Of a DNA stretch of 64,000 bases, positions 20,801 to 29,979 are shown in pieces (within the stretch, counting starts at the first letter, position 1; every line of letters begins with the position of its first letter). Below the pieces are notes generated by a model. That model had not been told where the DNA came from, did not search any database, and worked only from the letters and a program-made list of their open reading frames with translations. The DNA is from a virus, in IMG/VR virus record IMGVR_UViG_3300005663_000028, positions 32,001 through 96,000 of that record. One strand, written 5' to 3'. The position numbers and the translations under genes were made by a program.

Positions 20801-20988
20801 GAAAAAAAGGTATTGTACGATTTAAGACCTATTTAACAGAGGCGGATGATTTGCTCAGAGCAAGAACAGTCCTCTCTAATTATGATATTGCCGCACAAAT
20901 GCAATTAAGAGTCAAGTTGGTCGCTGGTCCAATTCCTGTTGGACTTCGAGAAGACAGGTACTGTATCAGTTTTTGGGAGTTGATTTAA
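17875..20988 (+). CDS. repeat-domain virion protein fused to C-terminal head-closure-like domain
   Basis: Six ~110-aa repeats (WxxxDL...GVR...GYW), 14-aa shaft repeats, then CPNC...CPYC domain ending PVGLREDRYCISFWELI; position in neck module. Confidence 0.6.
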   Translation: MALRTYIEASGSWMNPSGPTDNQWLEHDLSQYGVPSGAVAEIAISNIGPLFPQLGGVRATSGSINRYVDIMKSEPTPGDTFVTMNVQVDASGRIDYFSELFIFIKFDLLGYWPGCEYVERIDTFDPVATGAWEGYALDQYGVSDGQVVDILMTNSEDDFANNMGVRTSGSFRSELFDLSEAEDGGFNPLAIPVVSSGSNSAIEIYTEDPANTEFGLLGYFSDPPGTFVETTVFYPEPSASGSWSSLDVGSSGLPNNGVACLIVGRGLNSYAQVGLRETDSAINRSFDLSFSEESSGRSYLSMAVNIDSSGYIEQYSNVFSPDEPQFVCVGYWTDFINDLLVPINNSANLFIEGHRVVLYKEVTSIDKSPLTTGSWQTVDLSSGGCSPNSVAEILVGNKDTSLGAYLGVRASGSSLDRHLYLRDSPPSTGNRDIYTWHVALNNDSKAEVFSSGVVADNDDVRCFGYWTGCNYVELYDTFQIDTQGGWVNHNLLTYGVPVGKVVEIVIMNESISSPYSGGVRQVGSTLNRLVDLVGIFGNSSSKVDAIPMFVNTSGENSTIQVYAESSGSMSFGVVGYWQDEPGLFTELITSITPKPTTGLWEQYDLFTDNSIPSGVVAHIALGNSLHSNNNILGVRGINTNLIQRLQLIRATKDSASSYYGVDFYTSHVNVTDGYVEFYHFRSASDTQFTALGYWDIFQQGGGIVSNISSSGYLFTEGISFSSASSDLFTQGHKLIDSSGNLYSKGHTQFSEQRSLYINGLSLFSTLGNLFITGTKLVTASSNLYIQGGVSLTLYACGHEVANEQLDLFTHGIVTFSDYRDLFVHGYANISGSCVLYTHGSGIIDYSENFGLFVNGFEPKPSISCPILDTSAAIQIKTSLITTYQNHIDALINQLGKNVNLEFDPIREPCPNCEYDTIRNRSTGIYIPDGPRPFARGRRCPYCKGRGFTETAVTKCIKCLIQWNPEDAEKYDISVERKKGIVRFKTYLTEADDLLRARTVLSNYDIAAQMQLRVKLVAGPIPVGLREDRYCISFWELI

Positions 20989-21677
20989 TGACCGGTTCTG
21001 TGCAATTCAAACTAGAATTCACACCGAACACCATGAAGCAATTGCGCGACGGTGTTAAGAGGGAGGGGTCTAGAGTATGGGCAGGACGTGTAATGGCTAA
21101 TGCGTCTGTAATTAGCAGCGAAATTGGGTTTATGCTAGTTCATATTCTAAATAACACTCCTGTAGCTAGGGCTCTCCGAGGGAACGGTATGGATGATTTG
21201 CCTGCACATCTAGGACTGACCGATAGTATGGCTAATGGTTTGGTTGATGGAATGGGTGCATTGATACAAAAATCTGTTCGAATTTCAGGAAAAGGTACTT
21301 CGGTAAGAATCCAGGCTGTGAGCAGTGATTGGGACGAATATTTATCTTTACCTGGAGCCGAATACATATCTCACCCATCAAACGTTACTGTCCCAGTGGT
21401 TAAATGGCTTCTTGTTAATCCAAGCATTGATATAGGTCAGGCTGCGTATGACATTGTGTTTGTGGGAGAAGACAACAAGATCGATGCAAGAATACAAAAA
21501 GTGTCGCGAAGTGGTAGGGCGATTATGGTTTCATTGGACAGTTTGGGTGGCAGTGGTGGGTATGTTTTACCAAGTATTATATCAGGGCAGGCTGGTCAAA
21601 ACTTTATCGAATACGTTATGAGACAAAAGGGTGTTGCAACACAGGCCGCAATCATTTTGATGAAGAGGGTGAAATAG
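20973..21677 (+). CDS. putative neck/tail-completion protein
   Basis: Position between head closure and tail terminator; track start overlaps upstream gene, ATG 20988 likely. Confidence 0.5.
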   Translation: MGVDLMTGSVQFKLEFTPNTMKQLRDGVKREGSRVWAGRVMANASVISSEIGFMLVHILNNTPVARALRGNGMDDLPAHLGLTDSMANGLVDGMGALIQKSVRISGKGTSVRIQAVSSDWDEYLSLPGAEYISHPSNVTVPVVKWLLVNPSIDIGQAAYDIVFVGEDNKIDARIQKVSRSGRAIMVSLDSLGGSGGYVLPSIISGQAGQNFIEYVMRQKGVATQAAIILMKRVK

Positions 21678-21678
21678 T

Positions 21679-22614
21679 ATGTCTTTAACATTCAGGGGAA
21701 TAGACTCTGCGGGATTCGGCGGTTACGCTTTGACCGACCAATTGCTTTATAACCTGAAGTGGTGGGTTGACTGGAATTTACTCAACAATGGTGCTTACGG
21801 AATTTATGAATACGATTCAGCCAGTTGGTATGATGATGATGAATCTAAGTTACACCCAGTCTCCGACGAAAGGTATGTCGCTGGGCGAGTTTGGAATGGC
21901 GCGGGCCGTGAGTGGGTGTGGGAAAGTGGTGTGTCCCTGGGCGGTGGGGCGGTTGATCCATTTCGTGTTTCTGGTGTGTATATTGAGAGTGATTTTTATC
22001 CAATTTCTGAAACCGGCATCAACCAACACCATGTCGATTATCAACATGGTCGTATTATTTTCGACGAACCAAAAAGTTCAACAGACGATATCAGAGCCGA
22101 ATACACCCGGCGGTCAGTATACGTTGGATTCGCAGACGAACCTGATTTTCGGGTTTTAATGCTGGATGCAATAGAGGAATTTCTTACCGACTCTTCTACG
22201 TCTGGCACCCCTTCTAGGGAGCATCAAATCTGGCTACCCAGTATTTTTATTGAAGTTACAAGTACTGGGAAAGGACGGGGCTTAGAGCTTGGTGGGGGGC
22301 AAATAAAAGAAATATATGTTACTTTTCACATATTTGCTGATAATCCCCAAGATAGGAATTTATTAAAAGACTGGCTTGATTATCAAAGTAGGACTACATT
22401 TTGGATGGCCGATCTCAACGCGATTACCATGCCCTTTGATGTATATGGTGATATTGTGCCTGGGGTGACAAATTGGGTAAATATGGTAGCCACAAACCCC
22501 TGGAAGCGGTTGAGGGTTATGAACAGCATCGCAACAACACTTAATTCATTAAATTCTCAGTTATTTAGGGCTCGTGTTGTTTTTGAAATCGAGGTAGATT
22601 TTAAAGGAATTTAG
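21679..22614 (+). CDS. putative tail terminator/completion protein
   Basis: C-terminal LPSIFIE...GLELGGG...FHIFAD pattern; precedes tail tube. Confidence 0.55.
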   Translation: MSLTFRGIDSAGFGGYALTDQLLYNLKWWVDWNLLNNGAYGIYEYDSASWYDDDESKLHPVSDERYVAGRVWNGAGREWVWESGVSLGGGAVDPFRVSGVYIESDFYPISETGINQHHVDYQHGRIIFDEPKSSTDDIRAEYTRRSVYVGFADEPDFRVLMLDAIEEFLTDSSTSGTPSREHQIWLPSIFIEVTSTGKGRGLELGGGQIKEIYVTFHIFADNPQDRNLLKDWLDYQSRTTFWMADLNAITMPFDVYGDIVPGVTNWVNMVATNPWKRLRVMNSIATTLNSLNSQLFRARVVFEIEVDFKGI

Positions 22615-22634
22615 AGTCTGAATCGCATAGAGTT

Positions 22635-22643
22635 GGTGTATAA
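22635..22643 (+). promoter_or_regulatory. GGTGTATAA motif
   Basis: Exact copy upstream of the LAGLIDADG gene. Confidence 0.65.
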
Positions 22644-22664
22644 GATATACAAGGAGGTGTACTT

Positions 22665-23495
22665 ATGCAGGACAGAAAAACAAGATCAGATCAGTGGAAT
22701 CCAGAGGAAAAGGTAGTACAGGAAATAATTGGAAAATACGAGGAGAGAAAGTCTGCTAGACAATTGGGGTTTGAGTACGGTGTGGCCGATGTTACAATTA
22801 CATCATTGCTTGAAAGACGTGGTGTTTTTGTAAGGAACAGAAGCAACGCAAGAAGAACCAATCAGATTAAAGAAGACATATTTGATGTCATTACAGAAGA
22901 AAGTGCTTATTGGATAGGGTTTTTGCTGGCTGATGGGAACGTGTATCACCCTAAAAAACGATCTAAGCAGTTGAACCTAGGTTTAGCAGCAAGAGATTGG
23001 GAGCATTTAGAGAAATTCAAAAAATTCGTTGGGTCAAACAAGAAGTTATATTACAACAGCAATAATAATGGGGTTTTTATCAGCATATACTCAAACAGAA
23101 TTGTCGAGAAGTTGGAAGAATACGGCATTGTCCTCAGAAAAAGTAAGATAGCCAAAGTTCCAGAGTTACTGAAAAACAATAGACATTTTTGGAGGGGAGT
23201 GGTTGATGGGGATGGATGGGTAGGTATTTCGGGCAATGGGTATCCATTTCTAGGTTTGTGTGGTACATTAGATATTGTAAGTGGTTTTATGAATTTTGTA
23301 GGAAAGACTGTTTCTATTCGAACAAAACCTGGGTGTAGTGAATTAAAATATGGTTGTACAACTGCCAAGATTATTTCCGATAGATTATATGGGGATTGTA
23401 CCCTATTTTTACAAAGAAAATATGACAACTATTTACATATTCAAAATTGGATCACAAAATGCGTGCAAAATAGATCACTTCGGTGTATAAGATAG
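22665..23495 (+). mobile_element. free-standing LAGLIDADG homing endonuclease with N-terminal HTH
   Basis: Two motifs YWIGFLLADG and FWRGVVDGDG; C-terminal LQRKY. Confidence 0.85.
23482..23490 (+). promoter_or_regulatory. GGTGTATAA motif inside the last codons of the LAGLIDADG gene, upstream of tail tube
   Basis: Exact copy in CGG TGT ATA AGA TAG. Confidence 0.65.
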
Positions 23496-23543
23496 TGATG
23501 GTTAGCAACTTTGGGATAGTTAATAGAAAGGGAGATGATTTAG

Positions 23544-24662
23544 ATGCCAGGTACTCAATCTAGGCTGTATTACGCAATTCAGGCAGTGGGTTTTGCGCCG
23601 CACGATACGCTGTGTCCACTGGATGCAGCTAATGAACATCCGGGTTCTGGAACGCATCCGTCTGGGTTTATAACGGCACATGGTATGCAAAGTGTAAGTT
23701 TGAATACTACATTTAATCTTGACCCGCTGTTTCAGTTAGGTCAATTGGAACTTTATGAAAATGTCGAGGGTATTCCTGAGATTGAGATGACAGCACAAAA
23801 GGTGCTCGATGGTTATCCGTTGTTATATCACCTAGCTACTCCGGGAGCTTCGTCTGCTACGCTGGTTGGGCGATCTAGCGAAAGGTGTTTTGTTGGCCTA
23901 AATGTTTATCCAGACACATTTGATAATGCATCAGGAACTCCATTACAGTCTGTCGGCATGTCCGGAATGTATGTTTCGTCCCTGGGATATACCCTGAATG
24001 TCGAAGGAAGTTCTACAGAAGATGTTACCCTCGTTGGTAACGACAAAGAATGGACCGCCAGCGGTTTAGATCACTTTGTGCCAACTGAGTTTGATGGTGC
24101 CGATGTTCCACAGTCACTAGCCGCTTCTGGTGGTATTGCTCGTAGGGAAAACATCCTTATGGGTTCCGGCTGTTCTATGGACAGTTCGGCTGTAATTACC
24201 GGTACTAGTGGGAGTATTTTCCCAACAGATATTGATGGAATTAGTGCTGATGGCTGGAACCTTGAATCTGGCGATTCGTTTGCCGCCCACCTTCAAACCA
24301 TCAACGTTAATGTTGATCTTGGTCGTGAAGAGTTATTTGAACTTGGTCGAAGAGGGGCGTATTATCGGTTTGTTGCATTCCCAACCGAAGTTACCTGTTC
24401 AATTGAGATTACAACGTCTCAGGGTGATTTAGTAGACGCCATGGCTGATCCGGTTGGTGGAAGTAATCTCACTAATCAAAAGATTTTCTTCTGGGTCGAA
24501 GAGGGAACTCGAATAAATCTTGGGACCAAGAATAAACTGGCGTCGATCACTTATGGTGGGGGAGACACTGGCGGTGGGAACGTGCAAACAGTACTCAACT
24601 ATCAAAACTTTAACAGTTGTACTGTAACACATGTCTCAGACCCTGCCGGTCTATCTACCTAG
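23544..24662 (+). CDS. major tail tube protein
   Basis: 372 aa; MQSVSLNTTFNLDPLFQLGQLELY and ELFELG...Y[YR]FVAFPTEVT motifs; strong terminator downstream. Confidence 0.7.
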   Translation: MPGTQSRLYYAIQAVGFAPHDTLCPLDAANEHPGSGTHPSGFITAHGMQSVSLNTTFNLDPLFQLGQLELYENVEGIPEIEMTAQKVLDGYPLLYHLATPGASSATLVGRSSERCFVGLNVYPDTFDNASGTPLQSVGMSGMYVSSLGYTLNVEGSSTEDVTLVGNDKEWTASGLDHFVPTEFDGADVPQSLAASGGIARRENILMGSGCSMDSSAVITGTSGSIFPTDIDGISADGWNLESGDSFAAHLQTINVNVDLGREELFELGRRGAYYRFVAFPTEVTCSIEITTSQGDLVDAMADPVGGSNLTNQKIFFWVEEGTRINLGTKNKLASITYGGGDTGGGNVQTVLNYQNFNSCTVTHVSDPAGLST

Positions 24663-24686
24663 GATGCGACTATTGAATAATCAATG

Positions 24687-24724
24687 AATCGGGGTGGTTT
24701 TCGGACCGCCTCGATTTTTTTTAT
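24687..24724 (+). terminator. intrinsic terminator after tail tube
   Basis: AATCGGGGTGGTT-TTCG-GACCGCCTCGATT stem with UUCG loop, then T-run. Confidence 0.8.
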
Positions 24725-24780
24725 TTTATACGCAATAAAGACGTCGTTTGTGCGTATAATGATATGGAGGTAATTCGGAC

Positions 24781-25599
24781 ATGAAAAAGGAAACTACACA
24801 ATACCGTATTGATAATCACCTATGTGTTCGGTGTGGAGAATTGGCTGTTCCCAATAGACGGTCGTGTAGTAAACATCTTGAAGTAAATAGACTTAAGGAG
24901 GAAAAGAAGCGGGAACGTAGAAAAAACAAAAATGTTTGTATTAGGTGCGGACAACGACCGCCTAGGCCCAACAAGGCACAGTGTGAGATTTGTGTTGAAG
25001 GAAGCAGGGGTCAGTATAACGAAACAAAGATGAATACCTACTATCAGCGTCGATCTGCCAGTTGTTGTGTTCGATGCGGTACGCCAACTAGTAGTTTTTC
25101 GGTTCACTGCAACGTTTGTAGCGAGTATATGAAAAAAAAAGACAATAAATACTATCACAGAATTAAAAACAGTGGAGTGTGTGTTCATTGTCGCAAATCT
25201 CAACCTATAGAAAACGAGATATTGTGTTCGGCCTGTAAAAAGAAAAGCAAAATTGCGGGCAAAGACAGTAGGATTAAACTAAAGTTTTCGGTATTTCAGC
25301 ATTATGGCGGAAAATGTCAGGTGTGTAAAGAAATAGACATGGATGTATTGGCTATAGACCATATTAATAATGACGGAGCAGAGCATCGCAAACAACTCAA
25401 GCTGCAAGGAACAACAATTTACAGGTGGTTGGCTAAGAATAATTTTCCATCTGGATTCCAGGTTTTATGCTACAACTGCAATATTAAAAAATACCTTAAA
25501 GAAGATACGTGCCCCCACCAAGACCAGTCCGATCACCAATCACCCCCTCCCAATCGTACCTTATCGGTCAAAACTCGTTACGCACTTCCAGAAGAATAA
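24781..25599 (+). mobile_element. HNH endonuclease with tandem CxxC zinc-ribbon array
   Basis: Repeated CVRCG/CIRCG/CEIC units; C-terminal CQVC...IDHINNDG...QVLCYNCN. Confidence 0.8.
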
Positions 25600-25625
25600 T
25601 TCTCGGACCATAAAATTTTTGTTTT

Positions 25626-25895
25626 TTGATGGGACATTTGGGGGTGTGGGACGTACAATGGTATTGGGAAGTACCCAATACCGTGAGCTTCGCACCTTTG
25701 AAGAGTAGAACGATGACTAGAGCAAAAGGACAATGTTCCAAATGTAGTAGAATGACATCCGAGGAACGATTTCGTTTTTTTGAACTTCTTTGGAAGTGTG
25801 ACTTAATATTAGAGAAGAAACTGTGGCAAGGAATACTTTGCAAAAATTGTCATGAAGAATTAGTTCAAAAACTGATCACTTTTGTGTCTAGCTAA
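25626..25895 (+). CDS. small CxxC...CxxC hypothetical protein
   Basis: CSKC and CKNC pairs; start uncertain. Confidence 0.4.
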   Translation: MMGHLGVWDVQWYWEVPNTVSFAPLKSRTMTRAKGQCSKCSRMTSEERFRFFELLWKCDLILEKKLWQGILCKNCHEELVQKLITFVSS

Positions 25896-25919
25896 GCTGT
25901 CACAACAAAGAGAACCTTA

Positions 25920-26723
25920 ATGACGTGTCCAATTAAATTCAAATATGAATACGAGAATCAATTTTACCCCAGACAACTGGGGAAGTGGAAGAATTATATT
26001 GACGATATTGCCCGTTCCTGTGGTATTCCAGAATCTATTTTGAACGCAGAACCAGACTATGCACGGAAAGAACGAGCGAAGGAGAGAGTAATGTTAACCT
26101 ATCCTAAAGTCACATACGTGAAAACTATTTATCGACCTCCAGTGTGCATAGAATTTAAGTCAGGCGATGAGTTTAATTTTACCGATAAGGATGCAGCCCT
26201 GTTAGCCGATATTGCGCGTGTCGTGAACTTTCAAAGGGTTTGTGAATTCGTAGCTGAACCGATTTATGCGGTTTGGGATGTTAATGTTTATTGGAAGTCG
26301 TGCGACGAATTTTGCATCAACAGTCGCCTTAGAAGTAATGGTGCTATCGTTGACACTACTCTGAGCGCCGAACAGGCACTACATCTATCAGACGAGTTAA
26401 ATAAAGTCTTGAATGCCCAAAGGGCCAAACTTGGGGATATCATTCGGATCAAAAGAAATAATTTTGATCCATCGTGGATGCAAAAGAATGAATACGAAGT
26501 AATTGGAAATTCGAATTGTTTTGCAGACGACGAAATAACGGTAAAAACACGCCGTGGTTCATATTATGTGGAGTCTGGTGATTATGATATAATCCGTCGG
26601 GCAAATGGGCTTGTTACTACCGGTAAAGAAAAGACGGTATGTCAAGACTGTAAAGGGACCGGGCGGATTACTATGTTGATTCGGGATGTTGACTGTGACT
26701 GTGTGAAAAACACAGTCACGTAA
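25920..26723 (+). CDS. hypothetical protein with C-terminal CxxCxGxG zinc ribbon
   Basis: Ends CQDCKGTG...CDC. Confidence 0.55.
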   Translation: MTCPIKFKYEYENQFYPRQLGKWKNYIDDIARSCGIPESILNAEPDYARKERAKERVMLTYPKVTYVKTIYRPPVCIEFKSGDEFNFTDKDAALLADIARVVNFQRVCEFVAEPIYAVWDVNVYWKSCDEFCINSRLRSNGAIVDTTLSAEQALHLSDELNKVLNAQRAKLGDIIRIKRNNFDPSWMQKNEYEVIGNSNCFADDEITVKTRRGSYYVESGDYDIIRRANGLVTTGKEKTVCQDCKGTGRITMLIRDVDCDCVKNTVT

Positions 26724-26749
26724 AAGAAAAAAATTGGGATTGTAATGAA

Positions 26750-28675
26750 ATGAACATCAAACAACTAGAAAAAGCAAGTGCTACATATTATACTGGCAGT
26801 CCTATAATGACTGACGCCGAATTTGATGCGGCTATAGCCGAATTGCGTCAAAATGATCCAGATCACCCATTCTTGAAACGCATCGGCGCACCAACCCCCG
26901 GAACTGTTAAGGCTAAGCATCAAATTCCTATGGGTAGCTTAGCCAATGCAAACAACGAAAAAGAACTCAAAACGTGGATACTTAGATGTGAATTAGCCAT
27001 ACCACACTCTACTTCTGCCTTGTGTCTATCGCACAAACTGGACGGCTCTTCCCTAGAACTTATTTACGAGAACGGTTCATTTGTGCAGGCAATTACTCGT
27101 GGAGACGGGGAAGAGGGGGAGGATGTAACTAAAAATGTCCTACTTTCAAGAAATGTTCCTCTCTCGGTTAATCCATCAATAACTTCCGTTAGGTGTGAAT
27201 GTTTGATCCATAAGAAGGACTGGGCGGAACATTTCGGGGGAGATGCAAATCCGAGAAATTCTGCCGCTGGAACACTACGAAGACATGATGGTAAAAATGC
27301 TCAATATCTTCGCTTTTATGCATTTGATATGATGGTAAATGGTGATGTTCCAAACTCCGAGACCACCAGAATGTTGGTTTTAGCAAAATGGTTCAATGTT
27401 CCAAATAACTTGTTCGTATCCTCCAACGAAAAAGCATATTTACCAGAACATACACAATTGGGGTACACGATAAATTGGTGTAAAGAACAGGAAACAAAAA
27501 GAGACAACTTTCCGTATGAAATTGACGGTGTTGTTGTTAAAATAGACAACCGCGAAATATCAGAACAATTAGGAATTACGGACAATCGCCCAAAGGGACA
27601 AATCGCCGTCAAATTCGAGCCCCGTGGTGGCGAAACCATCCTAAACAATGTGGTGTGGCAAGTGGGTCATACGGGCGAGATAACCCCCGTGGGAAAGGTG
27701 AACCCAGTGGGCGTCGGTGGAGTCACAGTCCGCAGTGCTAACCTATACAACACGGACGAGATTGAGAGACTGGGGATACGCATTGGAGATACAGTAGAAG
27801 TAGTACGAGCCGGAGATGTAATTCCCAAGGTCACCAAACTCGTTTGTTCTAGTACAGATGGTGTCGAGATCAAACCTCCGAAGAAGTGCCCGGAGTGTGG
27901 AAGCAAGACAGAAAAAGATGGGGTTAGGCTTTATTGTCAAAATAGATGGTGTGGTGGTCGATCATTTGCCCGTGTTATGACATGGATTAAAAAGCGAAAT
28001 ATCCTACACATAGGAGAAGGTTTGGTTGAGTCTGCCGCAATAGACGAGACTCGTCAATTGTATGTTCTGTCTTATGCCGACTGGGCTAGGGTCAAGGTGG
28101 GTAATGGTGTGTGGGGTAAAAAAAGAGCAAGTAGTGTTGTGGCGGCTTTGGAGAAATCAAAGAATGTTACACTAGCTGATTTCTTGGGTTCCATCGGAAT
28201 ACCAGGAATTGGTAGAACGTTGACTCGTCAATTATGTGATAGTCTAGATGATAGACCCAATAGCCAATTAACGCTCAGCGATATGTTTCAGTTACTACCG
28301 TCACTAATAATGAAACAGGCGGGGTTTGGAGAATCTAGAGCCAATGATTTTTGTAATTGGTTGAAAGAATACAGAGAAGAAATTAGTGATCTGGCTTTGT
28401 TTATGAATTTTGAGGAGGAAGTAAAAATGGAAAGCGACAACAGGCAGTTTGATGGAGAAGTAATTTGTTTTACCGGTAAGTCTCCAAGGCCGCGTGTGGA
28501 GATGAGTCAATTGGCAGAATCCGCTGGTGCTTCAGTTAGTAGTTCTGTGAGTTCAAAAACAACTATCCTTGTCATAGCTGATGTTGAGAGTCAATCGAAA
28601 AAGGCGGTTAAGGCGAGAGAAATGGGAGTCAGGCTGATGTCCCCCGAAGATTTTTTGGATTTTTGTGGGATATAG
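26750..28675 (+). CDS. ligA: NAD-dependent DNA ligase
   Basis: Adenylation motif HKLDG, AITRGDGEEGEDVT, YEIDGVVVKID, C4 zinc finger, C-terminal BRCT. Confidence 0.95.
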   Translation: MNIKQLEKASATYYTGSPIMTDAEFDAAIAELRQNDPDHPFLKRIGAPTPGTVKAKHQIPMGSLANANNEKELKTWILRCELAIPHSTSALCLSHKLDGSSLELIYENGSFVQAITRGDGEEGEDVTKNVLLSRNVPLSVNPSITSVRCECLIHKKDWAEHFGGDANPRNSAAGTLRRHDGKNAQYLRFYAFDMMVNGDVPNSETTRMLVLAKWFNVPNNLFVSSNEKAYLPEHTQLGYTINWCKEQETKRDNFPYEIDGVVVKIDNREISEQLGITDNRPKGQIAVKFEPRGGETILNNVVWQVGHTGEITPVGKVNPVGVGGVTVRSANLYNTDEIERLGIRIGDTVEVVRAGDVIPKVTKLVCSSTDGVEIKPPKKCPECGSKTEKDGVRLYCQNRWCGGRSFARVMTWIKKRNILHIGEGLVESAAIDETRQLYVLSYADWARVKVGNGVWGKKRASSVVAALEKSKNVTLADFLGSIGIPGIGRTLTRQLCDSLDDRPNSQLTLSDMFQLLPSLIMKQAGFGESRANDFCNWLKEYREEISDLALFMNFEEEVKMESDNRQFDGEVICFTGKSPRPRVEMSQLAESAGASVSSSVSSKTTILVIADVESQSKKAVKAREMGVRLMSPEDFLDFCGI

Positions 28676-28694
28676 GGGTTGGTTAGACGTATAA

Positions 28695-28719
28695 TAAGGT
28701 ATCGGGGGTACCCGATCCC
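28695..28719 (+). repeat. bulged-hairpin element copy 1, just after a TATAAT box
   Basis: TAAGGTATCGG-GGGTAC-CCGATCCC. Confidence 0.7.
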
Positions 28720-28746
28720 GGAGCTTTCACATTTTGGAGACCTAAG

Positions 28747-28932
28747 ATGGATGACGACATAAAAGGGTTCTTTGTTGGATTGGTAGTTGGGTTAATCATA
28801 ATGGCAATAACGATATCGTCTCCGTTCGTGGGTTGCAGATCAGACTTTCAGAAAGAAGCAATTGGGAATGGATGTGGAAAACTGAACTGCGATATAAACG
28901 GTGCGTGTGAATTTGAATGGAATTGCGAATAG
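28747..28932 (+). CDS. small membrane protein
   Basis: N-terminal hydrophobic segment, Cys-rich tail. Confidence 0.5.
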   Translation: MDDDIKGFFVGLVVGLIIMAITISSPFVGCRSDFQKEAIGNGCGKLNCDINGACEFEWNCE

Positions 28933-28942
28933 GAGAGATTAG

Positions 28943-29020
28943 ATGGGTTGTTGTACTCTTAGTTTTATCCTTGGTGTGCTTGTTATGGCCATTATAGCAG
29001 GAATGATTGTTCGTAAGTAA
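28943..29020 (+). CDS. 25-aa hydrophobic peptide (MGCCTLSFILGVLVMAIIAGMIVRK)
   Basis: RBS AGGAG; fills gap; below track cutoff. Confidence 0.5.
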   Translation: MGCCTLSFILGVLVMAIIAGMIVRK

Positions 29021-29033
29021 CAGGAGGGACGGT

Positions 29034-29198
29034 ATGAGAAAAACAATGACACCAGAAGAAGTATCGCAAAAATGTTTTGAACAATTTTCCAATTTAACGA
29101 TAAATGTGTCTGATGAAGATAGATGGGAAGCTGCGGCAGAACTTCAGGCTACCCTTGAGGGTGTCTTGATGGAAAGAGATGAACTGAATAATGAGTAG
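29034..29198 (+). CDS. hypothetical protein
   Basis: RBS AGGAGG before ATG 29034. Confidence 0.55.
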   Translation: MRKTMTPEEVSQKCFEQFSNLTINVSDEDRWEAAAELQATLEGVLMERDELNNE

Positions 29199-29243
29199 TA
29201 GCCGAAGAAAAACAGAAACTGTTACGGTAAGGTCTCCCGTTAA

Positions 29244-29597
29244 ATGTCCTCATTGTGGGGAAAACTGTTTAAGGAGCATCGAATGACAACAACAAGAGAT
29301 GGACACCAACTGTCAATTGGTGAGAAATACACGGTAGTATCATTTGTTGAGGATACTCAAGATATTGAGTCGACAACCGAGTGTATCTATTGGGGCAATT
29401 GGGTTCAAGACAATACTCATTGTTTAGGTGCCATGGGAAATAGTTGTTCTGGTTGGTTCCCACAGACCCTTAATATACATCGTTTTATCCCGATAGATGT
29501 CGATGAGAACTTTGAGCTTATAAAATGTGAGGTTGGAGAATTGGTAGTCAAACACCCATCTGTAATAGAGTCGGTTGTTGTAAGGCGACTTAAGTAA
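29244..29597 (+). CDS. hypothetical protein
   Basis: Co-oriented ORF in small-gene cluster. Confidence 0.5.
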   Translation: MSSLWGKLFKEHRMTTTRDGHQLSIGEKYTVVSFVEDTQDIESTTECIYWGNWVQDNTHCLGAMGNSCSGWFPQTLNIHRFIPIDVDENFELIKCEVGELVVKHPSVIESVVVRRLK

Positions 29598-29657
29598 TAT
29601 CTAGGGGGAGCCCAGAGCCCTCCACTTTTGTGTCTTGCTAACTCCAAAGGAGAAAAA

Positions 29658-29810
29658 ATGGACGACAATAAAAAAATCGAAATGATTTCAATTCCTATCA
29701 CTACATATAATCAACTGATTAAAGATCGGGAGTGGTTAGAAGCATTAGAGGCTGCTGGGGTGGATAACTGGGAGGGTTGTGATGTGGCCCGCGAATCTCT
29801 CGACAACTAA
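29658..29810 (+). CDS. conserved small phage protein
   Basis: RBS AAGGAG; WLEALEAAGVDNWEG motif recalled from many phage hypotheticals. Confidence 0.6.
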   Translation: MDDNKKIEMISIPITTYNQLIKDREWLEALEAAGVDNWEGCDVARESLDN

Positions 29811-29979
29811 GGTGTATCCCGATAACAGAACGGTTATCGTAAGAAACGTTGATCCAGAATGTGTCCCTGACTGGTTAGAATGGGGTTATTTGCTCTGTCG
29901 AATGGCTAATTTTGGTACTTTGACAATTGATCCATTGACGAAGAGACCAAAGAACTGTGGTATAGTGGTATTGAAATGA
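29779..29979 (+). CDS. hypothetical protein
   Basis: Fills gap; stop overlaps hpt start. Confidence 0.4.
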   Translation: MMWPANLSTTKVYPDNRTVIVRNVDPECVPDWLEWGYLLCRMANFGTLTIDPLTKRPKNCGIVVLK

